Assembly: GCA_965112635.1 (NCBI GenBank)
Contig: OZ218778.1
Coordinates: forward strand, 1,120,001 to 1,184,000
Reading direction: 5' to 3'
DNA length: 64,000 nucleotides
Source: an uncultured bacterium
Lineage (GTDB): Bacteria; Oederibacteriota; Oederibacteriia; Oederibacteriales; Oederibacteriaceae
Translations under genes and position numbers: made by a program
Shown: piece by piece, positions 37,893 through 46,481 of the stretch
Layout of the letters: every line of letters starts with the position of its first letter
Numbering within the stretch: position 1 is the first letter of the stretch
The notes under the pieces: model-generated
What the model was told of the DNA's origin: nothing
Seen by the model: only the letters and a program-made list of their open reading frames with translations
Databases searched by the model: none

Positions 37893-39977
37893 CTAATTTG
37901 CGTTGTAAAGCTTGGCCTGGGCCAGGATGGACAGTTTTTCCACCCCCAGCCTCAGGGTGTTCAATTGGGCTTGGTCAAAGTCGTCCTCGAAAGATAACAA
38001 CTGGAATGTCGTGGTCCGGCCGTTGTTAAAGCGTTCCGTCTCGTTCTTCAGTTTTTCCTCCTGGAGGTCCTGGATCTCCTTAGCCAGGGACAGGCGGGTG
38101 TTCACGTCCTCCCAGCTTTTCAAAAGGTTCCGCCAGTCCTGGGATTCGTTGAGTTTGGCGCTGTCCAGGTTGCGCTGGGCGGCCGCGTAGTCCGAATCAT
38201 AGCCCTGCTGGATCTGGTTCAGGGTGAAAAAATCCAGGGGCGCAATAAAGGTCAGGCCCACCGTGTAGGTAGGCTGGCCACCGCTCAACGAGGTGTCGTA
38301 GGCGGCCAGGGCGCCGTAGTCGTGGCCGTTGTAAACCACGGTGCCGAAGGCGTTGAGGTCGGGCAGGGATTTGTAGAACGTCTCTGTGACCTCGTACCGG
38401 GCGCTTTGCATCATCAGGCCGGAGGCCTGGACGTCCAACCGGTCATTCTGTTTTTTGATCTCGGCGTTCTGGAAAGAGGGGTCGCTCAAACGGTGGTTCA
38501 GGTCCTCCAGGTTTTCCGGCACCTCGTCGCCGCTCCGGCCCCGGAAGGTGTTGAAATTGCGCTGCTGGGTGAGCAGGTCCTGCTGGGCCATTTTAAGGTT
38601 CAGCTCCTTGAGCTTGTAGGCCGCCTGCGTCTGATAAAGGTCGGAGCGGTCCGCCAGGTTGAGGTTGACGCGCCTTTGGCTCCATTCCAAAAGTTTGGCC
38701 GTGCGGGAAAGGGATTCCTGGTCGTAGGCCACCACGGCGCGGGCCAGGGAAAGCTGCCAGTAGGCCATTTCAGCCTGGGATTTCAAAGTTTCCGCCCGCA
38801 GGTGTTCGGCCTTTTCCGCTGCGTTGGCCTGGGCTTTGGTCTTGCTGACGGTGGACCCGGTCAGGCCGCACATGAAATCGCGGAGCAGGGACTGGGACAC
38901 CGTCAAACTGGGTGCCACGTCGTAGTACGGTATGGAGGGGACCAGGCTGTCCAAAAGGCTGGGTGGAAACCCCGGTATGCCGGTCAAGGAAGGGAACATG
39001 AGGTTCGTGTAGTTCAGCCCGTAGTTCAGAGAGATCGTGGTCCCGGTGAACCATTTTTTGGAAAGCCCCAAGTTCCAAGAATAGGCCTGTGTCTCGCTGG
39101 GGCTTAACAGGGAGGTGGGCTGCTTTTTGTCGTCCACCGCCGTATAGTTTGCGTTAAACAGAGGAGAAAATTCCATATCCACTTCCTTGGCTTTGAGGGT
39201 GTAGCCTTTTTGGGTCTGGCTGGAGGCCTGGAGGGCTGGATTGTTGTCCTGCACCTGGGATAAATAATCATCCACGTTAAGCACTGCCTGGGCGCCGGTC
39301 CACACGGGAGCGAACAAGAAGGAAAGACCCAAGAACAAAAGCGGCATGGCTTTTTTACCAGTCTTATAAAGTTTTTTCATGCCTTCCGCAAAGATGGTTG
39401 CGAGCGAATGGACATACTCTTTGTCCGAAAATTCTAGGGAGGGTCCTGTTTTCCACATTTTCTTTTCCGTGGCGTAGCGGATGAGCGAACCTATGAACTG
39501 GTGCAGGAACATGAACTGGGATTTTTTGCCAACTTTATTGTGCAGTAAACGGCCATGACAATGGTTGAAATCCATGTCGTGGGTCTGTTCTTTTGAAATG
39601 GTTAGAAAGATTTTACGCATGAAGGGGTCGGTATAGGCGTTCCTTAACATTAATTGCATAAATTCCTGGCTTTCCTTTTTCTCCATGTCGTTCAAAAAAC
39701 TCATGCCTATCTGGTTAAGCATCTCAAAGGGGCCTTTGGCGATGGGGAAAGCGTTGATCTGTGAATGGATGACCTTGATCCTCCAGCGGACCAGCTCGTG
39801 CAGGACCTGTTCTTTGCTTTTGAAATAGTGGTAGAGGCTGGCCTTTTGCATTTTACAGGCCTGCGCGATAGCGCTCATGCTGGTCTCGCCGTAGCCTTTG
39901 ACCGCGAAAAGGTGCATGGCGATCTTGAAGATACGCTCCCTTTGTTTGTTGTGTATCACTGGGTTAAGGGTTTTCAT
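37893..39977 (-). CDS. In-frame fusion of a TetR-family regulator (aa 1-199), an internal signal peptide (aa 200-231) and a TolC-family outer membrane factor
   Basis: HTH 'FAVKGYGETSMSAIAQACKMQKASLYHYFKSKEQ'; internal 'MKKLYKTGKKAMPLLFLGLSFLFAPVWTGAQA'; OEP-like repeats ('NNPAL', 'AYWQL', 'ERFNNGRTTTFQLL'). Confidence 0.85.
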   Translation of the reverse strand: MKTLNPVIHNKQRERIFKIAMHLFAVKGYGETSMSAIAQACKMQKASLYHYFKSKEQVLHELVRWRIKVIHSQINAFPIAKGPFEMLNQIGMSFLNDMEKKESQEFMQLMLRNAYTDPFMRKIFLTISKEQTHDMDFNHCHGRLLHNKVGKKSQFMFLHQFIGSLIRYATEKKMWKTGPSLEFSDKEYVHSLATIFAEGMKKLYKTGKKAMPLLFLGLSFLFAPVWTGAQAVLNVDDYLSQVQDNNPALQASSQTQKGYTLKAKEVDMEFSPLFNANYTAVDDKKQPTSLLSPSETQAYSWNLGLSKKWFTGTTISLNYGLNYTNLMFPSLTGIPGFPPSLLDSLVPSIPYYDVAPSLTVSQSLLRDFMCGLTGSTVSKTKAQANAAEKAEHLRAETLKSQAEMAYWQLSLARAVVAYDQESLSRTAKLLEWSQRRVNLNLADRSDLYQTQAAYKLKELNLKMAQQDLLTQQRNFNTFRGRSGDEVPENLEDLNHRLSDPSFQNAEIKKQNDRLDVQASGLMMQSARYEVTETFYKSLPDLNAFGTVVYNGHDYGALAAYDTSLSGGQPTYTVGLTFIAPLDFFTLNQIQQGYDSDYAAAQRNLDSAKLNESQDWRNLLKSWEDVNTRLSLAKEIQDLQEEKLKNETERFNNGRTTTFQLLSFEDDFDQAQLNTLRLGVEKLSILAQAKLYNAN

Positions 39978-39982
39978 GGTCT

Positions 39983-40015
39983 AATTAACCTACCGCTTGG
40001 TAGGTTAATTGTCAA
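39983..40015 (-). promoter_or_regulatory. Sigma70 promoter overlapped by a 12-bp palindromic operator (probable TetR site)
   Basis: Minus strand TTGACA-17 nt-TAGGTT; AATTAACCTACC-gctt-GGTAGGTTAATT perfect inverted repeat at 39983-40010. Confidence 0.8.
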
Positions 40016-40063
40016 GGTTAGTGTTTCATTAAACTACCGGGGGGTAGGGCAATGGCAAAGCGG

Positions 40064-41311
40064 TCATTTTAACCTATGGAGTATCTCTCCGGCGTGGTCC
40101 ACGACTAATTTATCCTTATCCTCACCATTTCTCCATTCAGAAAGAATAATATGGGCGGGATTTTTATAGCCGAGGTTGATCTTGTGGCAGCGTTCTGGCG
40201 GGATAGCGGTGGCCAGGGTCACTTTGATACGGGGTTTTTCTATCCCGTTATCAAAAGTGCCGACCCCGCGGACATGGGTGGAATGGGCCATGACCGAGCG
40301 GGAGACGCCTTTAAATCTGTTCTTTTGCATGAGGAAATAGTCCCGCACATGGTAACCGATCTTATCCAAAGTTTTACCATGGGTATAGGAGACCTCGGTG
40401 ATGTGCGGGGCATAGATGATGAGCTCGCCGCCGTCCGCGACGATAGGCTCAAGCTTATACATGACCTTGCCGGCTGTCCAAATATCATCGTACATCTTGG
40501 GGGCGATCCCCAAGACCTGGCGGTACTGGCGCCGCAAATAGACCATGTGCAGTTTGGAGGAGAGGTTGGCGGCTTTGGGCCAAGCTTCCCCATGCGAACC
40601 CGTGAAAAGGCCTTTGACCTGACCGTCTTTGATAACACTGCAGAGGAATAAGCAGGGTTTTTTGATGAAAGAAGCGGATTTGTTGATGACCCGGCGGACC
40701 GGCGTGTTTTTCCTGCCAATGATACCCATGTTGGTGATAACCGCGCCCAGCCAATGGAAAAAGTTCAGCACTTCCGGCCCTGCTACGCCCGGGAAAAAAT
40801 ACTTATTACCTCCTGAAAAACCTGCTACCTCGTGCGGGAAAACCGGGCCGTAAACAATAAGGTGATCGTATTCCAGCACTCTTTTGTTGATGGAAACTTT
40901 TACTTTTTCTTTGAAAAGACCGTTGGATAGTTTGTATATCTCATTGGCTGAAATAGTGCCGATAGTCTTGAGGTTCCTGGGGTTGTTCCAGCAGTGATTG
41001 AATATCCGACTTTTAGGGAATTCTTTCCGGCGCTGGGCAATGGACATCTGGAGATGCTCGGATATTTTGGATTCAGGCATGGGAGGGTGAGTGCCCAGGG
41101 CCAGCATGAAGTCCACTTGTTTGGCTTTTTTGGTCAGCAGTTCTGCCAGAGTTTTGTAAAAAAAGTGTGTCGGTCCGGAGCGAGAGTGATCTGGCAGGAT
41201 GACCAGGACGCGTTTGCCGGCCAAAGGCACGTGGTCTATGGCCTGGCAGCAAACTTTCCGGATTTCATTCTTTGAAAGGAATCTCTTCCCGGCTTTCTTG
41301 CCAAAGTACAT
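40064..41311 (-). CDS. Lactate racemase (LarA) superfamily hydroxy-acid racemase/epimerase
   Basis: 'PDHSRS', 'ALGTH', 'FPHEVAGFSGGNKYFFPG', 'WTAGK'; ATG 41311 just downstream of the pfk-like gene. Confidence 0.8.
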   Translation of the reverse strand: MYFGKKAGKRFLSKNEIRKVCCQAIDHVPLAGKRVLVILPDHSRSGPTHFFYKTLAELLTKKAKQVDFMLALGTHPPMPESKISEHLQMSIAQRRKEFPKSRIFNHCWNNPRNLKTIGTISANEIYKLSNGLFKEKVKVSINKRVLEYDHLIVYGPVFPHEVAGFSGGNKYFFPGVAGPEVLNFFHWLGAVITNMGIIGRKNTPVRRVINKSASFIKKPCLFLCSVIKDGQVKGLFTGSHGEAWPKAANLSSKLHMVYLRRQYRQVLGIAPKMYDDIWTAGKVMYKLEPIVADGGELIIYAPHITEVSYTHGKTLDKIGYHVRDYFLMQKNRFKGVSRSVMAHSTHVRGVGTFDNGIEKPRIKVTLATAIPPERCHKINLGYKNPAHIILSEWRNGEDKDKLVVDHAGEILHRLK

Positions 41312-41318
41312 AATGACT

Positions 41319-42608
41319 CTACTTCCTATGTGCCTGTGGAACATAAGGTTTGCATTTTTTATCGGCAAAAATTGGTTTAAACCGGGTGAATCTCTGCAAA
41401 CCGTTCTCAAGAGGTATCTGCGCCCAGTCGTTGCCGATAAGCGGACGGGCGTACTGGATAAAGTCGTCGGTCACATCGAACTTGTTCTTGGTCAGCCATT
41501 TTTCCGGGAATTTCCGTTCAGAATTGGCGACTTTTTCAAGAGAGACTTTGTCATAGGTCACCGCGTATTGGTTGCCGGGCTTGCGCAGGATGGTGGACAT
41601 GTAGCCATTGCCGTCCTTGACGGCGATTTCCGCGGCTTTTTTACCCAGTTCGTAAGCCTCATCCAGGTCCACATTGGAAGCATAGAGGATAGCATTGCGT
41701 TGGTCTGTGCCAGAAACATTGCCCCGGGCAGCGCCGCGGGCTTTTAGGCCCACCTTGTTCAAATGGTTGACCACCACCTGGCCGACGGTGATCTGGCTAG
41801 CGCTGAATTTCACATGGCCAAAGCTGTCCTTGACCTCGCCTATATCGCCTACGGGAAATCCTTCGCTCACCACCACGATCACCCGGCCTCTTTTGACCAG
41901 TTCGGCGTTAACATTGTCGGTGAGCTGGTCGAGGTTCAAGCCGGACTCCACGAGATAAATCTGCAGGGGCATTTCATGGTTGGGGTCAGCGAGACGCGCC
42001 GCAGCCGGGATATAGCCGATCTTCCTGCCCATGGCCTGCACCACCAGGACAGGGTCGTCCGGGCAGGAACCGTTGTTCTCTTCATTGGCGTTCTGGATAT
42101 AGCAGGCCCAATATCTGGCCACGCTGCCGTAACCCGGGGTATGGTCGATGAGTTTGAATTCTGAATCTCCGACATCATTATCAATAGTTTTAGGGCCGCC
42201 GACCGCCACCAAGTCCAGGCCTTTTTGGCGGGCCAGGAGGCTGATCTTGTGGGCTGTGTCCATGGAGTCGTTGCCGCCTATATAAAAGAGGTAGCCGATA
42301 TCGTGCGCTTTAAAAACTTCGATGACGCGGTCAAAATCTTCGGTCTGTTTTTCTTTCAATTTATAGCGGCAGGTGCCGATGGAACCGGCTGCCGGAGTGG
42401 TCCTTAGAAGTTTGATCTCTTTTTCGTCCTGGCTGGAAATGTCTAATAGTTCTTCCCTTAAAATCCCTTCAACGCCGTGAAATCCAGCGTAGATCTTGCC
42501 GAATTTGTCAGGAGATTGCTTGCAGGCGTCGATAATGCCCCGCAGGGTATTGTTGATGACCGCGGAAGGGCCTCCGGATTGGGCGACGATAACATTCTTT
42601 GAAGACAT
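41319..42608 (-). CDS. PfkA-family kinase with PPi-type signature
   Basis: 'AQSGGPSAVIN', GGNDS, PKTIDND, MGR, VSEG; ATG 42608 after GGAGG. Confidence 0.85.
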   Translation of the reverse strand: MSSKNVIVAQSGGPSAVINNTLRGIIDACKQSPDKFGKIYAGFHGVEGILREELLDISSQDEKEIKLLRTTPAAGSIGTCRYKLKEKQTEDFDRVIEVFKAHDIGYLFYIGGNDSMDTAHKISLLARQKGLDLVAVGGPKTIDNDVGDSEFKLIDHTPGYGSVARYWACYIQNANEENNGSCPDDPVLVVQAMGRKIGYIPAAARLADPNHEMPLQIYLVESGLNLDQLTDNVNAELVKRGRVIVVVSEGFPVGDIGEVKDSFGHVKFSASQITVGQVVVNHLNKVGLKARGAARGNVSGTDQRNAILYASNVDLDEAYELGKKAAEIAVKDGNGYMSTILRKPGNQYAVTYDKVSLEKVANSERKFPEKWLTKNKFDVTDDFIQYARPLIGNDWAQIPLENGLQRFTRFKPIFADKKCKPYVPQAHRK

Positions 42609-42699
42609 GAAGACCTCCATTATAAATTTCTTCCGGGGAGAATTCTTTTTAGGATTTAAGGAATTCTCCCGTCAAATGACCGTTCAGGTCATTTGACCC

Positions 42700-43587
42700 C
42701 TATTTCCAGGACGGAGTCGAGGGTAAAATAGACTCGAACTCATGGATCATTTTTTTCTCACAGTCCCCGGCATACTGGCCGTTCAGAAATTTCGCCAAGC
42801 CTTCATTATAAAAAAGCTCCCAGGATTTTTCTTCCTGGCCGGGATTGATGGGGAAATATAAAGCGTTATTAGCCTTGGCGGCCTTGTGGTCACCAGGGGC
42901 GTCACCGATCATCAAGATATGGTCTTTTTCATATTTACCTTCAGTAGCCAGCTTCAGGTGTTCCTTTTTAGTGCCCATTTCCTGGCCCGCGATCAGGGTC
43001 ACGTATTGTGCCAGACCGTGTTCTTCCCATTCTCTTTCCAGGGCCGGGGTGGGAGTGGCAGAAACCACCATGATGTCAGCGGATTTGGCAGCAGTTTCAA
43101 TGCTCTCTTTGACGAAAGGGAAAGGATAGGCGCCGTGCACCATGGCATCTACGTCGGCATTGACCGCCTTGCTCCAGGCCAGGGTCTTGGCCAGCAAGGG
43201 GTCCTTGGTTTCGTTGACCACTTTTTCCAGGCCGGGATTGCCCAAAGCAACACCTGATTCAATGAATTTTTTTAAAGGAGTGAGATCAGGAATCTTAACC
43301 TTAGATTTTTTGATCTCAGGCCTTTCGCGGAGCATTTCTAAAGTCATAAGCAAGGCGGGGAAGCGGTTGATACCTCGATGCACGGAATAAAGGTTGACCC
43401 ACTCGGCAACTTCGCGGCCGTATTTGGAGACCGCCTGTAAATCCCAATATTTGATGATGTTGGGGATAAAGCACTCTTTATGTTTGAGCTCCATAGTGGG
43501 GAAAGCGCAGCCGTCGGAATCGATACCGATAAAGAATTTTTTAGTTGGTTGGAGGGCTTTTAATCTTTCCTGCGAATATTTATCCAT
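42700..43587 (-). CDS. HAD-superfamily hydrolase/phosphatase
   Basis: DSDG motif I, 'VVSAT', 'MIGDAPGD'. Confidence 0.85.
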   Translation of the reverse strand: MDKYSQERLKALQPTKKFFIGIDSDGCAFPTMELKHKECFIPNIIKYWDLQAVSKYGREVAEWVNLYSVHRGINRFPALLMTLEMLRERPEIKKSKVKIPDLTPLKKFIESGVALGNPGLEKVVNETKDPLLAKTLAWSKAVNADVDAMVHGAYPFPFVKESIETAAKSADIMVVSATPTPALEREWEEHGLAQYVTLIAGQEMGTKKEHLKLATEGKYEKDHILMIGDAPGDHKAAKANNALYFPINPGQEEKSWELFYNEGLAKFLNGQYAGDCEKKMIHEFESILPSTPSWK

Positions 43588-43623
43588 TTGTTCTCCTAAT
43601 TTCTTATTAAAACTCCGTAAGGG

Positions 43624-45039
43624 TCACTCTGCTAGCCATTCAGTATGGAACGAACCTTTTTTGTCCACTCGCTCATAGGTATGGGCGCCGAAATAGTCGC
43701 GCTGGGCCTGCAAGAGATTGGCCGGGAGCTGCTTGCTGCGGTAGCTGTCATAGTAGGTGATGGCCGAGCTAAAAGCCGTGGAAGGGATGCCCAGGTCCAC
43801 GGCGGTTTTGACCACGGTCCTCCAATCCTCCTGGCCTTTGGTGATGACGGCCTTGAAAAAGGGGTCCAGCAGGAGGTTGGCCAGTTTGGGATTGCGGCCA
43901 TAGGCCTTGCGGATGCTTTCCAAAAATCTGGCCCGGATGATGCACCCGGCCCTCCAGAGCATGGCTATCTCGCCTAATTTCAGGTTCCATTGATATTCCT
44001 TGGAGGCGGCGTCCATGATGGCAAAACCCTGGGCATAAGAGCAGATCTTGGAGGCATACAATGCGTGGTAAATGGCTTTGATGAACTTTTTCTTGTCGCC
44101 TTTGAATTTTTTCCTGGTGCCCGGCAAGATTTTGGCGGCATTGACGCGTTCTTTTTTCAGGGCAGAAATACAACGGGCGAACACGGCCTCAGCCATGGTC
44201 GGAGCCGGGACGCCCAGGTCCAAGGCTACCTGGGAGGTCCATTTGCCCGTGCCTTTTTGCTCAGCGCGGTCGAGGATGACTTCGACCATAGGTTTGCCCG
44301 TTATCTTATCTTTTTTAGCCAGAATATCGGTGGTAATGGCGATGAGGTAGGAATCCAACTCGCTTTTGTTCCACTCGGCGAAGATCTCATGCATCTCCTG
44401 GTAGGAGAGACCGAGGGCCTGTTTCATCAGATGGAAAGCCTCGGTAATGAGCTGCATGTCACCGTACTCAATGCCGTTGTGCACCATTTTGACCAAATGG
44501 CCGGCACCGTCCGGGCCGATCCAGGCGCAGCAAGGAGTGCCGTCCGGAGCTTTGGCCGCGATTTTGGTGAAAATATCCTTGACCAGGGGCCAGGCCTTTT
44601 TAGAGCCGCCGGGCATGATGGCCGGGCCTTTGAGGGCGCCTTCCTCTCCTCCGGAAACGCCGGTACCGATAAAGAGAAGGCCATTGCTTTCCACATAAGC
44701 GGTGCGGCGGATGGAGTCGCGGAAATGGGAATTCCCCGCGTCAATAATAAGGTCGCCTTTGGCTAAAAAGGGGATAAGGTCATCAATGTTCTGGTCCACG
44801 GCCTTGCCTGCCGGCACCATCAGGATGATCTTGCGGGGTTTCTCCAGCTGACGGCATAGTTCTTGGAGAGAGTGCGCGATGGTGATGTTCTTGAAGGGCG
44901 CTTTTTCCTTTTTAAAAGCCTCTGCTTTGGCGATATCGCGGCGGTAACCTACGACCGAAAAGCCCCGGCTTTCTATATTAAGAGCCAGGTTCTCGCCCAT
45001 GACCCCCAGACCTATCATTCCGACATCAGATTTGGCCAT
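43624..45039 (-). CDS. gnd: 6-phosphogluconate dehydrogenase, decarboxylating (NADP+)
   Basis: GLGVMGENL, VSGGEEGA, VKMVHNGIEYGDMQLI, QKGTG, QRDYFGAH. Confidence 0.97.
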   Translation of the reverse strand: MAKSDVGMIGLGVMGENLALNIESRGFSVVGYRRDIAKAEAFKKEKAPFKNITIAHSLQELCRQLEKPRKIILMVPAGKAVDQNIDDLIPFLAKGDLIIDAGNSHFRDSIRRTAYVESNGLLFIGTGVSGGEEGALKGPAIMPGGSKKAWPLVKDIFTKIAAKAPDGTPCCAWIGPDGAGHLVKMVHNGIEYGDMQLITEAFHLMKQALGLSYQEMHEIFAEWNKSELDSYLIAITTDILAKKDKITGKPMVEVILDRAEQKGTGKWTSQVALDLGVPAPTMAEAVFARCISALKKERVNAAKILPGTRKKFKGDKKKFIKAIYHALYASKICSYAQGFAIMDAASKEYQWNLKLGEIAMLWRAGCIIRARFLESIRKAYGRNPKLANLLLDPFFKAVITKGQEDWRTVVKTAVDLGIPSTAFSSAITYYDSYRSKQLPANLLQAQRDYFGAHTYERVDKKGSFHTEWLAE

Positions 45040-45223
45040 TAAAATCCCCCTTTTGACTTTTTTTCGTTAGGAGAGTTTCTTGCTCAGGTGAAAACAAAAA
45101 AATTATACATCATTCACAAAGTAAAATCATGCCCTGATTTAGGAAGTTGGTTGTAGTTTAAAAAGAAAGCGAGAGAGGTTAAAATAAGGCTTTGTTCAGA
45201 AGCTCGTTTGTAAGGGAGGTAAT

Positions 45224-45814
45224 ATGTCAATCCAGGAATCTCTGATAGACAAGTCAAAGACAGCTCTGGTGGTCATCGACCTCCAAAAAGGGATAGCGGG
45301 CAGGCAGACAGCACCTTATCCGGCAGAGGTGGTTATCAAGAATGCGTCGCTTATCGCTGACGCCTTTAGAAAAAACAGCATGCCGGTCTTTCTCGTGCGG
45401 GTGACCCCGTCCCCGGACGGCAAAGATTCTTTGCGCCCCATAGCTGACGTGGCCATACCTTTCCCAACTCCTCAGCCGGGCTGGGCGGAGATCGTTCCGG
45501 CCATGGGGCCGAAACCAGGGGACTTTATCATCACCAAGCACCAATGGGGCGCTTTTTACGGCACAGAGCTGGACCTGGAGTTCAGGAGGCGGGGTATCAC
45601 GACCATGGTGCTGTGCGGCATTTCCACCAACATCGGCGTGGAGAGCACGGCCAGATTCGCCTACGAATACGGCTACCAGCAAATTTTCGCGGAGGACGCC
45701 ATGACCTCCATGTCCGCCGAGGAGCACCAGCACACCGTGACCAAAATTTTTCCCCGCATGGGCAGGGTGAGAAAAACAAAAGATATCTTGGACGGCCTTA
45801 GCCGTCCTGCTTGA
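45224..45814 (+). CDS. Isochorismatase/cysteine hydrolase family protein (YecD-like)
   Basis: 'TALVVIDLQKG', 'KHQWGAFYGTELD', 'GISTNIGVESTAR'. Confidence 0.88.
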   Translation: MSIQESLIDKSKTALVVIDLQKGIAGRQTAPYPAEVVIKNASLIADAFRKNSMPVFLVRVTPSPDGKDSLRPIADVAIPFPTPQPGWAEIVPAMGPKPGDFIITKHQWGAFYGTELDLEFRRRGITTMVLCGISTNIGVESTARFAYEYGYQQIFAEDAMTSMSAEEHQHTVTKIFPRMGRVRKTKDILDGLSRPA

Positions 45815-45824
45815 GGGAGAGTTA

Positions 45825-46349
45825 GTGGACCAGGAAAAACTGCACAGGGATTTTCACTATGCGATGAAGCACACTAAGATCGTGGTGCCGGTCAAGCAGA
45901 CCCTTTTTACCTTTGCGCCAACAGACATCCGTTATTTTCTTGTTACAGGACTCGTATCCAAGGCCAGTGTGGAGATGCGCAAGGGCAAGTTGACCGTGGA
46001 GCGACCGGGTATTATCACGCCTTCCGTTATTTTTGAACGCTTTTTCGAGGGGTTTGACCAGGACCAGAGGGAATATCTTGAAGGCATGCTCCAGGAGAGC
46101 GGATTCAGGGGACTCCAGTATAAATACAAGAATGAGACCGAGACCGTGGAGGTACTGAGTAATGACCTGGAAAGCCTGCTCAAAAACCTTAAACAGGAAG
46201 CCTTGTCCAAGCCCTTGTCCCGGACAACCGTCATACAGGGCGTGCCAGACATGTGGAGCCTCTCTCTGATGAAATGCGTGATGGAGTTGACCTCTGGGTC
46301 GTTCCCAGGCAACATCAAAGACCTGGAAGAACACGGGTGGTATCAGTAA
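45825..46349 (+). CDS. Hypothetical protein
   Basis: 174-aa ORF, GTG start after GAGGGAG, operon-like spacing, globular composition. Confidence 0.7.
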   Translation: MDQEKLHRDFHYAMKHTKIVVPVKQTLFTFAPTDIRYFLVTGLVSKASVEMRKGKLTVERPGIITPSVIFERFFEGFDQDQREYLEGMLQESGFRGLQYKYKNETETVEVLSNDLESLLKNLKQEALSKPLSRTTVIQGVPDMWSLSLMKCVMELTSGSFPGNIKDLEEHGWYQ

Positions 46350-46481
46350 TTTATTTTAAAAAAGTCCTGAAAATATGGCAGACTGCTGTTTTGTTTGTTA
46401 AAATCCTCTCGAAGTTCAAAAACGATCGCCTAGTCTAATCCAATATTTTCTAGAATATCAAAATACAAGGGATGTGGTCTC

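Noticed and set aside
41312-41410. LarA-like ORF extension overlapping the pfk-like gene
   Set aside because: A non-overlapping ATG at 41311 fits the operon spacing
33307-44766. Long antisense or alternate-frame ORFs (e.g. 33307-34080, 35247-36029, 38322-39107, 43990-44766)
   Set aside because: Shadows of well-supported genes in GC-rich coding DNA, with no recognisable motifs
46350-46481. M-box riboswitch or MgtL-like leader upstream of mgtA
   Set aside because: Short AT-rich spacer with no conserved helices, terminator or Pro-rich leader ORF visible
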